From positions 74,114 to 138,113 of the forward strand of contig CAZUWR010000001.1 in NCBI GenBank assembly GCA_964624415.1: a stretch of 64,000 bases of DNA, written 5' to 3'. Below are positions 19,439-28,325 of this stretch, piece by piece (position 1 is the stretch's first letter; the number at the start of each line of letters is the position of its first letter). A program made the position numbers and the translations under genes. Under the pieces are notes generated by a model. It did not search any database. It saw only the letters and a program-made list of their open reading frames with translations, and was not told where the DNA came from. The DNA is from an uncultured Bdellovibrionales bacterium. Lineage in GTDB: Bacteria > Patescibacteriota > Minisyncoccia > Moranbacterales > UBA1568.

Positions 19439-19529
19439 TTCCAAACCCTGTACAAGAACGTGAAAGTAGTGTATGGTGAAGTATACTAAAGAAAGGGCAC
19501 CCAAGATATTTTTAAATACTTCATCTATT

Positions 19530-19829
19530 ATGCCCAAAACATTCGATTTCAAAGGAAGAGTATGGAAGCACGATGGCCCTGCCGGGTGGCTTTTTGTGTA
19601 TGTCGAGAAGTTTATTTCCACTGAAATCCTCGCCCTGACCAAAGGGAAGAAAAAGGTTGGCTTCGGCTTTATACCAATACAAGCCACACTCGGCAGAAGC
19701 ACTTGGGATACGGCCATTTTCCCGAATAAAGAGCGCAAATACCTCCTGGCTATCAAGCGATCCATCGGACGGGTGGAGAATACCAAGGAAGGTGATATTG
19801 TGGATGTGCGTCTCACGATCCCGGAGTAA
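19530..19829 (+). CDS. DUF1905 domain protein
   Basis: GPAGWLFV, GFGFIPIQATLG.STWDTAIFP, YLLAIK..I...E....GD.V.V. Confidence 0.8.
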   Translation: MPKTFDFKGRVWKHDGPAGWLFVYVEKFISTEILALTKGKKKVGFGFIPIQATLGRSTWDTAIFPNKERKYLLAIKRSIGRVENTKEGDIVDVRLTIPE

Positions 19830-19943
19830 AGACAGTGTTTGACAAAAACGCAGTATAGAGCGATACTATTTTCGCGAGGAAGTGATGATAATCAAAAACT
19901 TCTTGATCGTGGATGGTGATAAACGAAAAAGGTAGGTGATATT

Positions 19944-20105
19944 ATGCCGCACGCACATAAAGGTATTTGGGGATATATGTTTGCGCAAAAAATAGATGCA
20001 AAGGGGATGCTCATACATCCTGATAACTGGATTGAGATTAAAAAAATTGAGAAACATACAGGCATCCCGATGGAGCGTTGGGGGAAGCTCTCGCAATCGG
20101 CTTGA
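19944..20105 (+). CDS. Unannotated small protein, 53 aa (MPHAHKGIWGYMFAQK...WGKLSQSA)
   Basis: AGGTAGGTGA SD, TTGACA-17-GATACT promoter at 19839, terminator right after. Confidence 0.5.
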   Translation: MPHAHKGIWGYMFAQKIDAKGMLIHPDNWIEIKKIEKHTGIPMERWGKLSQSA

Positions 20106-20121
20106 CTGTCTCACTCATACA

Positions 20122-20158
20122 TAGGGTGGAGGAAACAACCTCCACCCCTTATTTTTTT
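20122..20158 (+). terminator. Intrinsic terminator
   Basis: AGGGTGGAGG-AAACAA-CCTCCACCC hairpin plus T-tract. Confidence 0.75.
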
Positions 20159-20235
20159 GTACGCTATAATCTATCGAGGTGTAAAAATAAAGGCGGTCAG
20201 TATTGCACTGTCCGCCTCTTCTTTGATAGCCTGAT

Positions 20236-20706
20236 CTATTTTTGCTTCAGTGTATTCTCTACGTGAATCAGATCGCACGTACTGCTATTGAGTAATATAC
20301 TCATACAAGATGCTATATGCAGTAAGTTTTGTTGTGATGAACGTAGGAAAGGCACTATTTTACGGCGTATTTTTTCCGTATTGACGTCCGCTATCTTTTT
20401 TATGGTTGCAATTTTTCGGGCTTCGATATGAGAAAATTTTCTTGGTTTACGTTTGCACAATTTATGCGTGCACTCTGCGGAAAATCTGAATTCCCCTCTA
20501 TTGAATGGTTCATTCAATAATTCTAGCAACGTCCCGATACTTTGTAATAATGTTTTTTCTATATTTTCTATGTTATTTTGATGTATATAGCCGATGAACT
20601 GTTCAACACATGGGTTTGCCTCAGAAAAACCGCCATTGAGACCAATGTTGAATTTAATGACTATACAGAGGGAATATGTATGCGAACATATTTTTGATTT
20701 TGTCAT
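20236..20706 (-). CDS. Orphan hypothetical Cys-containing protein
   Basis: AT-rich ORF, GGAGG SD, TTGACG-17-TACTCT promoter. Confidence 0.55.
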   Translation of the reverse strand: MTKSKICSHTYSLCIVIKFNIGLNGGFSEANPCVEQFIGYIHQNNIENIEKTLLQSIGTLLELLNEPFNRGEFRFSAECTHKLCKRKPRKFSHIEARKIATIKKIADVNTEKIRRKIVPFLRSSQQNLLHIASCMSILLNSSTCDLIHVENTLKQK

Positions 20707-20817
20707 TTTTACCTCCAAACACGTATCACTCTATCACCATGATAGGACTCAAGAGTAGCATACTGGCAATTGCCCGTCAATCTACGTTTTTAACCGCTTA
20801 TGTTGTATACTTATCAT

Positions 20818-21324
20818 ATGAATATCGAAGTAATCGTCTCGGACACGATACAGAAACAGTACCGTTATATACGAAGCGCAAAGATGGGCGAGGATTTCGA
20901 CGTGCGCTTCAAGCCGGATGTGACCCCGCAGGAAATGCTGGCACTCGGGGTATTCGGCGGCAAATACATGACTGATTGCCGGGACGAATTCCCCAAGGAA
21001 TGGTTCGTATCAGCGAAGCTTTGTCATGAGCGACACGATTCTGACCTTAATTGTTTCAGTGTTAACGCCAGTCAGCCTCTTCGCGTGTGGCGGGCCAAGG
21101 GATGGCTGCATCCCGATGATCCAAGAGGGTGGTTTCAGTGGTACTGCCGGTACTATATGGGCCGCCGTATGGAGCAAGAAGATGATCGGCAGATCAAGCG
21201 TTGGATCGCTGTGCAAAGACATATCGCTCAATTGCGAAAGAACTGCCGCAGAGGCGATGTATTTTGTCGGCCGCGCCAAAGACAAGCTTTACTGCACTGG
21301 GCATATGACAGCCGAAAATTGTAA
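20818..21324 (+). CDS. Conserved hypothetical protein (GWFQWYCRYY family)
   Basis: TPQEMLALGVFGGKY, DPRGWFQWYCRYYMGRR, DDRQIKRW, RQALLHWAYD. Confidence 0.8.
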   Translation: MNIEVIVSDTIQKQYRYIRSAKMGEDFDVRFKPDVTPQEMLALGVFGGKYMTDCRDEFPKEWFVSAKLCHERHDSDLNCFSVNASQPLRVWRAKGWLHPDDPRGWFQWYCRYYMGRRMEQEDDRQIKRWIAVQRHIAQLRKNCRRGDVFCRPRQRQALLHWAYDSRKL

Positions 21325-21333
21325 CATGAATAT

Positions 21334-22032
21334 ATGGTAAAGTCGATACAATCAGCATTGCGAAAAATAAGTACTCCGGCAAAAGCGGAAGCATCGAAAA
21401 GATTTTTCAAAACCGGTCCCGGCCAGTATGGCGAGGACGATGTGTTTCTTGGGGTGACGATACCGGAGCAGCGGCGCATTGCCAAAGAGTACCGCGCACT
21501 CTCACTCAAAGAAATCGAACAATTACTGAAGTCTAAAGAACACGAATTCCGTATGACAGCGCTTCTGATTATGACGTATCAGTACCCGAAGGCATCAGAG
21601 GTGGAAAAGAAGCGGCTCTATGATTCGTATCTCGCGCATACAAAGTGGATCAATAATTGGGATTTGGTCGATGTATCGGCTCCTCGGATTGTTGGTATGT
21701 ATCTGCAGGACAAAGATCCTTCCGTATTGTTTGACCTGGCCCGATCCGGATTCTTATGGGAAAGACGTATCGCTATTATCGCTACGCTTGCTTTCATCGC
21801 GTCGGGAAAATCTGAGACGACTCTTTCTATCGCAGAATTGCTTTTGCAGGATAAGCATGATTTGATTCATAAAGCGGTCGGGTGGATGCTTCGTGAGGTA
21901 GGCAAGCGCTGTGGGGAGGGTGTGGAGCGAAACTTCCTGGATCAGTACACGAGCCGTATGCCGCGTACGATGCTCCGCTATGCTATCGAGCGCTTTGACG
22001 CCGATACCCGTGCTCATTATTTGAAACAGTAA
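21334..22032 (+). CDS. alkD: DNA alkylation repair protein (AlkD-like HEAT-repeat glycosylase)
   Basis: FFKTGPGQYGE.D.FLGV, INNWDLVD, LWERRIAI, HKAVGWMLREVGK, MPRTMLRYAIE. Confidence 0.9.
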   Translation: MVKSIQSALRKISTPAKAEASKRFFKTGPGQYGEDDVFLGVTIPEQRRIAKEYRALSLKEIEQLLKSKEHEFRMTALLIMTYQYPKASEVEKKRLYDSYLAHTKWINNWDLVDVSAPRIVGMYLQDKDPSVLFDLARSGFLWERRIAIIATLAFIASGKSETTLSIAELLLQDKHDLIHKAVGWMLREVGKRCGEGVERNFLDQYTSRMPRTMLRYAIERFDADTRAHYLKQ

Positions 22033-22038
22033 AAACAT

Positions 22039-22677
22039 ATGAACGAAAAGGTAGTAATAAAGCCTAGTCAGATTTCTTTGATAGTCGCCAACCTGATACC
22101 GCTTATTGGAGTACTATTTTTTGATTGGAAACTCTACCCGATCATTCTCTTATATTGGTGCGAAAATCTCGTTATCGGAGTGTTCAATATCGCTAAGATG
22201 GCTCGGGCGACAGGAGTCGCTTCTTCTGGTTTTACGATGAATGATAAACCGTACACTCCGGATATGAAAACCGGGCTCATTGTATTCTTTGTGCTGCATT
22301 ATGGTATTTTTCTCGTGGTACACGGCGCGTTCGTATCTATTTTGTTCGGTTCGGATGGTGATATCCGAGGTGGGTTTTCCATTGCTTTGCTAGGACTTTT
22401 TATCAGTCACGGCATTTCTTACGTCACCAATTATATCAAGACCAAAGAATATGAGCGTGTTTCCGCGCCGGATCTTTTTATAGAGCCGTACAGGCGTGTC
22501 ATCATACTGCATGTAGTCATCTTGTTTGGTGGTATGATCGCGAAACTGCTCGGAGCGCCAATAGGAGCATTGATTATACTTATCGCAATAAAGATATGGG
22601 TCGATCTGAAGAAACATACCTGGGAACACAGCACATTCTTGTTGACGAAAGAACAAATGATAAAGGAAATTGTATGA
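22039..22677 (+). CDS. Multi-pass membrane protein (DUF6498-like)
   Basis: ANLIPLIGVLFFDW, YWCEN, FFVLHYG.F..VHG.F, PYRRVIILH. Confidence 0.75.
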   Translation: MNEKVVIKPSQISLIVANLIPLIGVLFFDWKLYPIILLYWCENLVIGVFNIAKMARATGVASSGFTMNDKPYTPDMKTGLIVFFVLHYGIFLVVHGAFVSILFGSDGDIRGGFSIALLGLFISHGISYVTNYIKTKEYERVSAPDLFIEPYRRVIILHVVILFGGMIAKLLGAPIGALIILIAIKIWVDLKKHTWEHSTFLLTKEQMIKEIV

Positions 22678-23276
22678 TGGAAAAATTTCTTCTCCATGTC
22701 TGTTGCGCGCCATGCAGTATCGCGGTCATCGATGAATTGCGGAAGCAGTACGATCTGTCGGTGCTTTTTTTCAATCCCAATATCCATCCGGAAGAAGAAT
22801 ATCTCAGACGAAAACACGAGGTGATTCGTATCTGTGAGGAATGGACTATTCCAATGATCGATCAGGATTATGATACCTTAAAATGGGACGCGGCGACCAA
22901 GGGTTTGGAAATGCAACCCGAGGGAGGTTTTCGGTGCAATGCTTGTTTCCGTGTACGACTATCGCGGACGGCGCAAGTGGCTGCTGATGGAGGCTTTGCG
23001 CGATTCGGATCGACGCTCACGACAGGGCGGTACAAAAAAGCAGCCATCATCAATCCTATCGGCGAAGCGGCGGCCACTCGATTTGGAAGCATGTTTCATG
23101 CCAAGGACTGGAAGAAGCAAGGCCGGGAAGCTTTGTCGCGAAAGATGGTCAAAGAGCGCGGTATGTATGAGCAGGATTACTGTGGGTGCCGGTACTCATT
23201 GCGGGACAAGAAAGAGCGCGAGGAACGGAAACGAGCCCAGGGAATACAAAATATGCGGAGCGCGATCCCTCAGTAA
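22674..23276 (+). CDS. queH: Epoxyqueuosine reductase QueH (DUF208)
   Basis: LLHVCCAPCS, FFNPNIHP..EY..R, RC..CF..RL, Y.QDYCGC.YS. Confidence 0.93.
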   Translation: MMEKFLLHVCCAPCSIAVIDELRKQYDLSVLFFNPNIHPEEEYLRRKHEVIRICEEWTIPMIDQDYDTLKWDAATKGLEMQPEGGFRCNACFRVRLSRTAQVAADGGFARFGSTLTTGRYKKAAIINPIGEAAATRFGSMFHAKDWKKQGREALSRKMVKERGMYEQDYCGCRYSLRDKKEREERKRAQGIQNMRSAIPQ

Positions 23277-23408
23277 AGCTACGTTTGTCATAAATAATTG
23301 ACAAAAAATAGAAAGTATGCTAAGATGGGGTGTTGATTTGAGCAAAGGCGATTCTCTATCGCGGCCTTATCAGCAGTTCATTTTTTTAGAGACAGCAAGG
23401 GGAATAAA

Positions 23409-23696
23409 ATGACTTTATTTATAGACGATGTAAAAAAAATTATAGAACAGCAAGGCTGGCCGAAAAAAAGAATACCAGGGCAATCAATAACTTTGGTATA
23501 CGGGTTGCCAATAATAAAAACGCCAAACTTTGTAAAAAAAGAAAGATTGCCTGATACTGCTTCAGTAACAGCGAAACGAAAAAAAGGTACGAAAGGCACC
23601 TTTCAACAAAGTAACAAAAGACGGGGTGATGGTCGGCGTATGAAAAATCGCGTGAAATCTCAATATAGTTGCCGCAATTGCAGCGGTTATTTATAA
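23409..23696 (+). CDS. Orphan basic hypothetical protein
   Basis: AAGGGG SD, TTGACA-17-TAAGAT promoter at 23298, terminator at 23716. Confidence 0.45.
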   Translation: MTLFIDDVKKIIEQQGWPKKRIPGQSITLVYGLPIIKTPNFVKKERLPDTASVTAKRKKGTKGTFQQSNKRRGDGRRMKNRVKSQYSCRNCSGYL

Positions 23697-23715
23697 CAGT
23701 ATCAATGCCACGCAA

Positions 23716-23756
23716 AAAAGCCTCGATAGATTCATAAGGATTTGTCGAGGCTTTTA
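23716..23756. terminator. Terminator hairpin
   Basis: AAAAGCCTCGATAGAT...ATTTGTCGAGGCTTTT. Confidence 0.65.
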
Positions 23757-23834
23757 TACTACCTATCTTTACAAAATGTCTTAAGAGGCAGAGAATAAAG
23801 AATACTAAAGAGTATCATTTACTACGACATATTT

Positions 23835-24557
23835 ATGCCATACACAGTATACAAAGCAGAAGAAAGAGGCAGGGCGGAACACGGCTGGCTTCATTCGAAA
23901 TTCAGTTTCAGTTTTGCGGAGTGGTATGACCCGGAACGTATGGGATTTGGAGCACTGCGCGTTATCAATGACGATGTGATCGATGCTGACTCCGGCTTTG
24001 ATCTGCATCCGCACAACAATATGGAGATCATTACCATCGTGACGGAGGGTGCCGTTACGCATGGGGACAGTATGGGCAATCAGGAGGTCGTCCCAGCCGG
24101 TGATGTGCAGGTGATGTCTGCGGGGACGGGCGTGGTACACTCAGAACACAACAACTCTCTTGATGAAACGCTCAAACTTTTTCAAATATGGATTTTACCG
24201 AAAAGCCGAAACATTGAGCCTCGCTATGGACAGAAATCTTTTGGGACGCAGTGGAAGCGTGATGCTTTGGATCTCCTCGTTTCACCCGATGGTCGTGATG
24301 AGTCGCTCTCGATACATCAGGATGCTTTCGTGTTGCGAGGTGCTCTTGAAAAAGGGCAATCGCAGACGTATAAGCTATATGATGCAGAAAAGAATGGCGT
24401 CTATGTCTTTGTGGTTGATGGCAGCATAACGATAGACGGGAATACTTTAACAGAACGGGATGCTCTCGGTACCGACAAGGCCATGACTCTCGATATTGTA
24501 ATTGTAGCCAATGAAGATTCCCGCTACCTTATTTTTGAAGTCCCTATGACAGTATAG
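23835..24557 (+). CDS. Pirin family protein (YhhW-like)
   Basis: HGWL.S..SFSFA, GFGALRVINDD, HPHNNMEI, H.DSMGN, MSAGTGV.HSE, FQIWI. Confidence 0.95.
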   Translation: MPYTVYKAEERGRAEHGWLHSKFSFSFAEWYDPERMGFGALRVINDDVIDADSGFDLHPHNNMEIITIVTEGAVTHGDSMGNQEVVPAGDVQVMSAGTGVVHSEHNNSLDETLKLFQIWILPKSRNIEPRYGQKSFGTQWKRDALDLLVSPDGRDESLSIHQDAFVLRGALEKGQSQTYKLYDAEKNGVYVFVVDGSITIDGNTLTERDALGTDKAMTLDIVIVANEDSRYLIFEVPMTV

Positions 24558-24595
24558 TTGACTCTTTGGCTTATTTCGGGCTATACTGAATACAT

Positions 24596-25150
24596 ATGAA
24601 ACAACGAAAGATATTTTTAGGCGTGTCGATTCCGCGGGATGTCTCGAAGCGGTTGGCACGAAAGATGGAGCAGTGGCAGGATTTGCCATTTCGTTTCACC
24701 AAAGAAGGTAATATGCATATTACCTTGCTTTTTTTGGGGCACGTGCTGGATGAATCGGTTGCCAAAATCTGTTTGCAGGTAGAGGAAGTTTGTCGGAATA
24801 TACAGGCTTTCGATGTTGACCTCAATACAATCACGCTCGTACCGGAGCAGGGGATGAACGCTAAGCAATTGTGGTTTATGGGCGAGGCAAATGAAGAGTT
24901 GCGGCAGCTTCGCGTCGCACTGGAAAAAGAGCTCTCTATGTTCAGCTCCGAGAAGAAAGTATTCCGCCCTCATGTGACACTTGGCCGCGTACGGCAAAAC
25001 CTCTGGCAGGAGCTGCCGCAGATTCCGGAAATGAATGACAGTCTTTCGGTATTCCTTCCGATCGATAGTGTCATTGTCTATGAAAGCGTCTTTCAAAAAG
25101 GGGAGGGCCTAGCCTATGAAGTGCTTGCCGAATGCCCCCTTGTTTATTAG
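24596..25150 (+). CDS. thpR: RNA 2',3'-cyclic phosphodiesterase (2H phosphoesterase)
   Basis: Two HxT motifs: HITLLFLG and FRPHVTLGR. Confidence 0.9.
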   Translation: MKQRKIFLGVSIPRDVSKRLARKMEQWQDLPFRFTKEGNMHITLLFLGHVLDESVAKICLQVEEVCRNIQAFDVDLNTITLVPEQGMNAKQLWFMGEANEELRQLRVALEKELSMFSSEKKVFRPHVTLGRVRQNLWQELPQIPEMNDSLSVFLPIDSVIVYESVFQKGEGLAYEVLAECPLVY

Positions 25151-25280
25151 TAACTGTTTAAAAGCTTTTCGTTTTTTGCTTTTGTATAGTGTTTTTTCGA
25201 ACTGCCGGGTCAAAGACGAAAGGCGAGAAAAAATACTATCAAAAGCCAAAAAACAAGAGTAAAAAGATTTTAAACAGTTA
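25151..25280. repeat. ~130-nt inverted-repeat hairpin element, copy 2
   Basis: Perfect 13-nt terminal IR TAACTGTTTAAAA...TTTTAAACAGTTA; same core as 6333-6462. Confidence 0.88.
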
Positions 25281-25290
25281 TTTGGGAGCT

Positions 25291-26061
25291 ATGATTTCAA
25301 GTAGCCTTATTTTCAATACGCGTGTGGATAATCTTGCCAAGCAGGATATTTTTCATACCGTTGATACTTTTTTAACAAGCGAGCAATTTCATCAGATCGC
25401 GACGGTCAATCCGGAGTTTCTTTTACTGGCTCGAAAAGACGCTGCCTTTCGAGCGGTTCTAAATGCCTGTGAATTGAATGTGGCGGACGGGGTCGGCATA
25501 CACCTCGCTTTGTGGCGGCAAGGAAAACGCTTGCGCGCTCGTGTGACGGGCGTGGATCTAATGGCATATATTTTACAACAGGCGGAGCGTAACGATCTGA
25601 CCGTGATGTGTGTGCTGCGCAAAGATGGTTTGAGTGTATGGAAAGATGTCCGTCGTGCGATCAAACAGCAGTATCCGAAACTGCGTGTCGAGGGTATCAA
25701 TAGCGATCCCTCTCTGTGTCATCCCGCACTTACTTATACAAGTCATCCTGAGCTTGCCGAAGGATCCCGTACTTTTACGGATGCATTACACAACTCACAC
25801 ATAGTCCTCTGTAATTTCGGTGCGCCACACCAAGAGTTTTTCCTAGCCGGATTGCGGAACCATACAGGTGCTCTTCGAGTAGCGATGGGTGTTGGCGGAA
25901 GCTTTGATTTCTTGACGGGAAAAATAAAGCGCGCACCGAAGTGGATGCGTGCGGCGGGATTGGAGTGGCTCTGGCGATTGCTTCTGCAACCCAGGCGATT
26001 CAAGAGAATATGGAATGCTGTTATCGTCTTTCCTTTACGAGTGATCCTTGGAATACAATAA
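25291..26061 (+). CDS. WecB/TagA/CpsF-family glycosyltransferase
   Basis: ATVNPEF, VADGVG, RVTGVDL, FGAPHQE, MGVGGSFDF, RAPKWM...GLEWLWRL..QP.R. Confidence 0.93.
   Translation: MISSSLIFNTRVDNLAKQDIFHTVDTFLTSEQFHQIATVNPEFLLLARKDAAFRAVLNACELNVADGVGIHLALWRQGKRLRARVTGVDLMAYILQQAERNDLTVMCVLRKDGLSVWKDVRRAIKQQYPKLRVEGINSDPSLCHPALTYTSHPELAEGSRTFTDALHNSHIVLCNFGAPHQEFFLAGLRNHTGALRVAMGVGGSFDFLTGKIKRAPKWMRAAGLEWLWRLLLQPRRFKRIWNAVIVFPLRVILGIQ
25718..25767. repeat. REP-like palindrome (partial GTCATCCCGC plus full GTCATCCTGAGCTTGCCGAAGGATC) inside the glycosyltransferase
   Basis: Same GTCATCCYGAG...GGATC family as 40799 and 41197. Confidence 0.7.
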
Positions 26062-26109
26062 AAAACAAAAGTCCCAATTATTCAATCAGGACTTTCTTGT
26101 TCGTTTACT

Positions 26110-26535
26110 TCACGGGTTTGTCGATAGAGCAGACACTTCTTCATTTGCTTGCATCAACGTCATAATAACCTGGGTGGTATAGTGCTCAATGCTCACGGGC
26201 ACCGACCGTTGACTTTCTTTCCCGGTCGTGAGATTCTTGCAGGTTATTTTTGTATTTCCATCGGTGACAGCATCAATCGTACATTCGTTTTGCGCCGACC
26301 AATCAGACTTGGCCTTTTTTTCAAATCCGTATTTCTTGAATTCATCCACAAAACCTAGATATTCCGTTCCAGAAAGGCTAAATACTTTCACAATCGATGT
26401 GTCACTTGTCACAGCAAAATCTACCCGATCGACCTTTTTCCATTTATTAATTTCTATAACATATAATCCCGACATAATTACCAGGATTAGTGTCATAGGA
26501 ATCAATACGCACTCTAGAAACGTTGGTTTTTTCAT
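26110..26535 (-). CDS. Orphan membrane-anchored hypothetical protein
   Basis: N-terminal TM (KKPTFLECVLIPM...), GGAGG SD, TTGACG-17-TAGGAT promoter. Confidence 0.65.
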   Translation of the reverse strand: MKKPTFLECVLIPMTLILVIMSGLYVIEINKWKKVDRVDFAVTSDTSIVKVFSLSGTEYLGFVDEFKKYGFEKKAKSDWSAQNECTIDAVTDGNTKITCKNLTTGKESQRSVPVSIEHYTTQVIMTLMQANEEVSALSTNP

Positions 26536-26706
26536 GTCTATTTCCTCCGCAGAAATATAAAAAAATTAAGGTACAACATTACCATAAACAAGACGTTTAA
26601 GCACTTGTATGGATGTTCTATCCTAACATATCGTCTGTATTTCGTCAAGGCTTTTCAAAACGGATGAAAACGGCTACAATAAAGGCAATTAAACAAGTAT
26701 ATATTT

Positions 26707-28260
26707 ATGAAATCATCCTCACATATTCGTGTCCGTTTCGCGCCGTCACCGACGGGCTATGTACATATCGGCGGTCTGCGGACGGCTCTGTACAACTATC
26801 TCTTCGCCGCAAAACAGGGCGGGGCGTATTTGCTTCGTCTTGAGGATACCGATCAGAAGCGTTTTGTTCCCGGTGCGGCTGAAAATCTCATTTTGGTATT
26901 GCAATCGATGGGACTTTCTCACAGTGAAGGACCTTTTGTTAAAGATTCATCGATAAACGGTAGCAATCAACAATCGGCAATCAGCGATTCCGAAAAGTAT
27001 CCGGGTATCGTAGAGGTTGGAGATTTTGGTCCGTATATCCAGTCCGAACGATTGGATTTGTACCGCACCTACGCGCAGCAGCTTATTGATGAGAAAAAAG
27101 CCTACTATTGCTTCTGCTCACCCGAACGACTCGATGCAATGCGCAAAGAACAGATGGCCAATAAACAGATGCCCAAATACGATCGTTTGTGCTGTCAGCT
27201 TTCTTCGGAAGAAATCCAAAAAAATTTGGATGCCAAACTCCCTAATACGACGGTCCGTTTCAAACTACCCGACCATGAAACCGTACGGTTCACCGATATG
27301 GTGCGCGGAGAGGTTTCTTTCAACACGGCTTCGATGGCGGATGCCGTGCTTCTCAAATCGGACGGGTATCCGACCTATCATCTAGCTATGGCGGTGGATG
27401 ATCATCTGATGCAGATTAGCCATGTGATACGTTCCGAGGAATGGCTTCCGAGTTTGCCCTTGCACGTATTGCTCTACCGAGCCTTCGGTTGGGAGGCTCC
27501 GCAATTCGCGCATTTGCCGCTCATCATCAATACCGATAAGAGCAAGCTCTCCAAGCGTCAGGGTGATGTGGCCGTGGAGGATTACCTTAAGAAAGGCTAT
27601 CTCAAAGAAGCCTTGATCAATTTCGTGGCGCTCTTGGGATGGAATCCTGGTGAAGGGAGTACGCAAGAATTGTTTTCGATGGAAGAATTGATCGAGCAAT
27701 TTGACTTCGCACACGTCCATAAGGCAGGCGCGGTCTTTGATATGAAAAAGCTCGATTGGATCAACGCGCAGTATATCAAGAAGCTTTCTTTGGAAGAATT
27801 GTATCAGAAATCGTTGCCGTTCTTTCAAGAAAAATCGTTCTATACAGGAACGAAACCGGAGCGTCAATCCGAAGAGTATCTGAAGAAAGTCCTCACCATC
27901 GAGCAAGAGCGCCTGAATCGTTTGGACGAGGTGGGGGAGCATAACACCTTCTTTTTTGCCGATACCCTACAGTATGACAAAGAACTTCTCCGATGGAAGA
28001 AAAATACGGACGATGAAACCCTCGCCGCTCTTACGAAAGCCAGAGAAGTTTTAGTATCCATCGACGACCAAGAGTGGACACGGGAAATGCTCTCGGAAAA
28101 ACTTATGACGGCAGCAGGGGAGAAGCGAGGCGATCTGCTCTGGCCTTTGCGCGTCGCCCTCACAGGGGCGAAGCAATCCCCATCTCCCTTCGACGTGGCA
28201 TGGGTGCTTGGTAAAGCAGAAACGCTAAGCCGTGTAGAGAAAGCTTTGAATGACAAATGA
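26707..28260 (+). CDS. gltX: Glutamate--tRNA ligase
   Basis: RVRFAPSPTG.VHIGG, LRLEDTD, PYIQSER, KSDGYPTYH, KLSKR. Confidence 0.98.
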   Translation: MKSSSHIRVRFAPSPTGYVHIGGLRTALYNYLFAAKQGGAYLLRLEDTDQKRFVPGAAENLILVLQSMGLSHSEGPFVKDSSINGSNQQSAISDSEKYPGIVEVGDFGPYIQSERLDLYRTYAQQLIDEKKAYYCFCSPERLDAMRKEQMANKQMPKYDRLCCQLSSEEIQKNLDAKLPNTTVRFKLPDHETVRFTDMVRGEVSFNTASMADAVLLKSDGYPTYHLAMAVDDHLMQISHVIRSEEWLPSLPLHVLLYRAFGWEAPQFAHLPLIINTDKSKLSKRQGDVAVEDYLKKGYLKEALINFVALLGWNPGEGSTQELFSMEELIEQFDFAHVHKAGAVFDMKKLDWINAQYIKKLSLEELYQKSLPFFQEKSFYTGTKPERQSEEYLKKVLTIEQERLNRLDEVGEHNTFFFADTLQYDKELLRWKKNTDDETLAALTKAREVLVSIDDQEWTREMLSEKLMTAAGEKRGDLLWPLRVALTGAKQSPSPFDVAWVLGKAETLSRVEKALNDK

Positions 28261-28325
28261 GTCGTTTCGGGGTATACTGTATAAAGAGAAACGTTCTTAA
28301 GTAAGGACACTTTTACACGTATGCG

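Noticed and set aside
25151-25280. Integron attC site
   Set aside because: It follows a stop codon and has AAC/GTT ends, but does not match RYYYAAC/GTTRRRY, flanks housekeeping genes, and there is no integron integrase or cassette array
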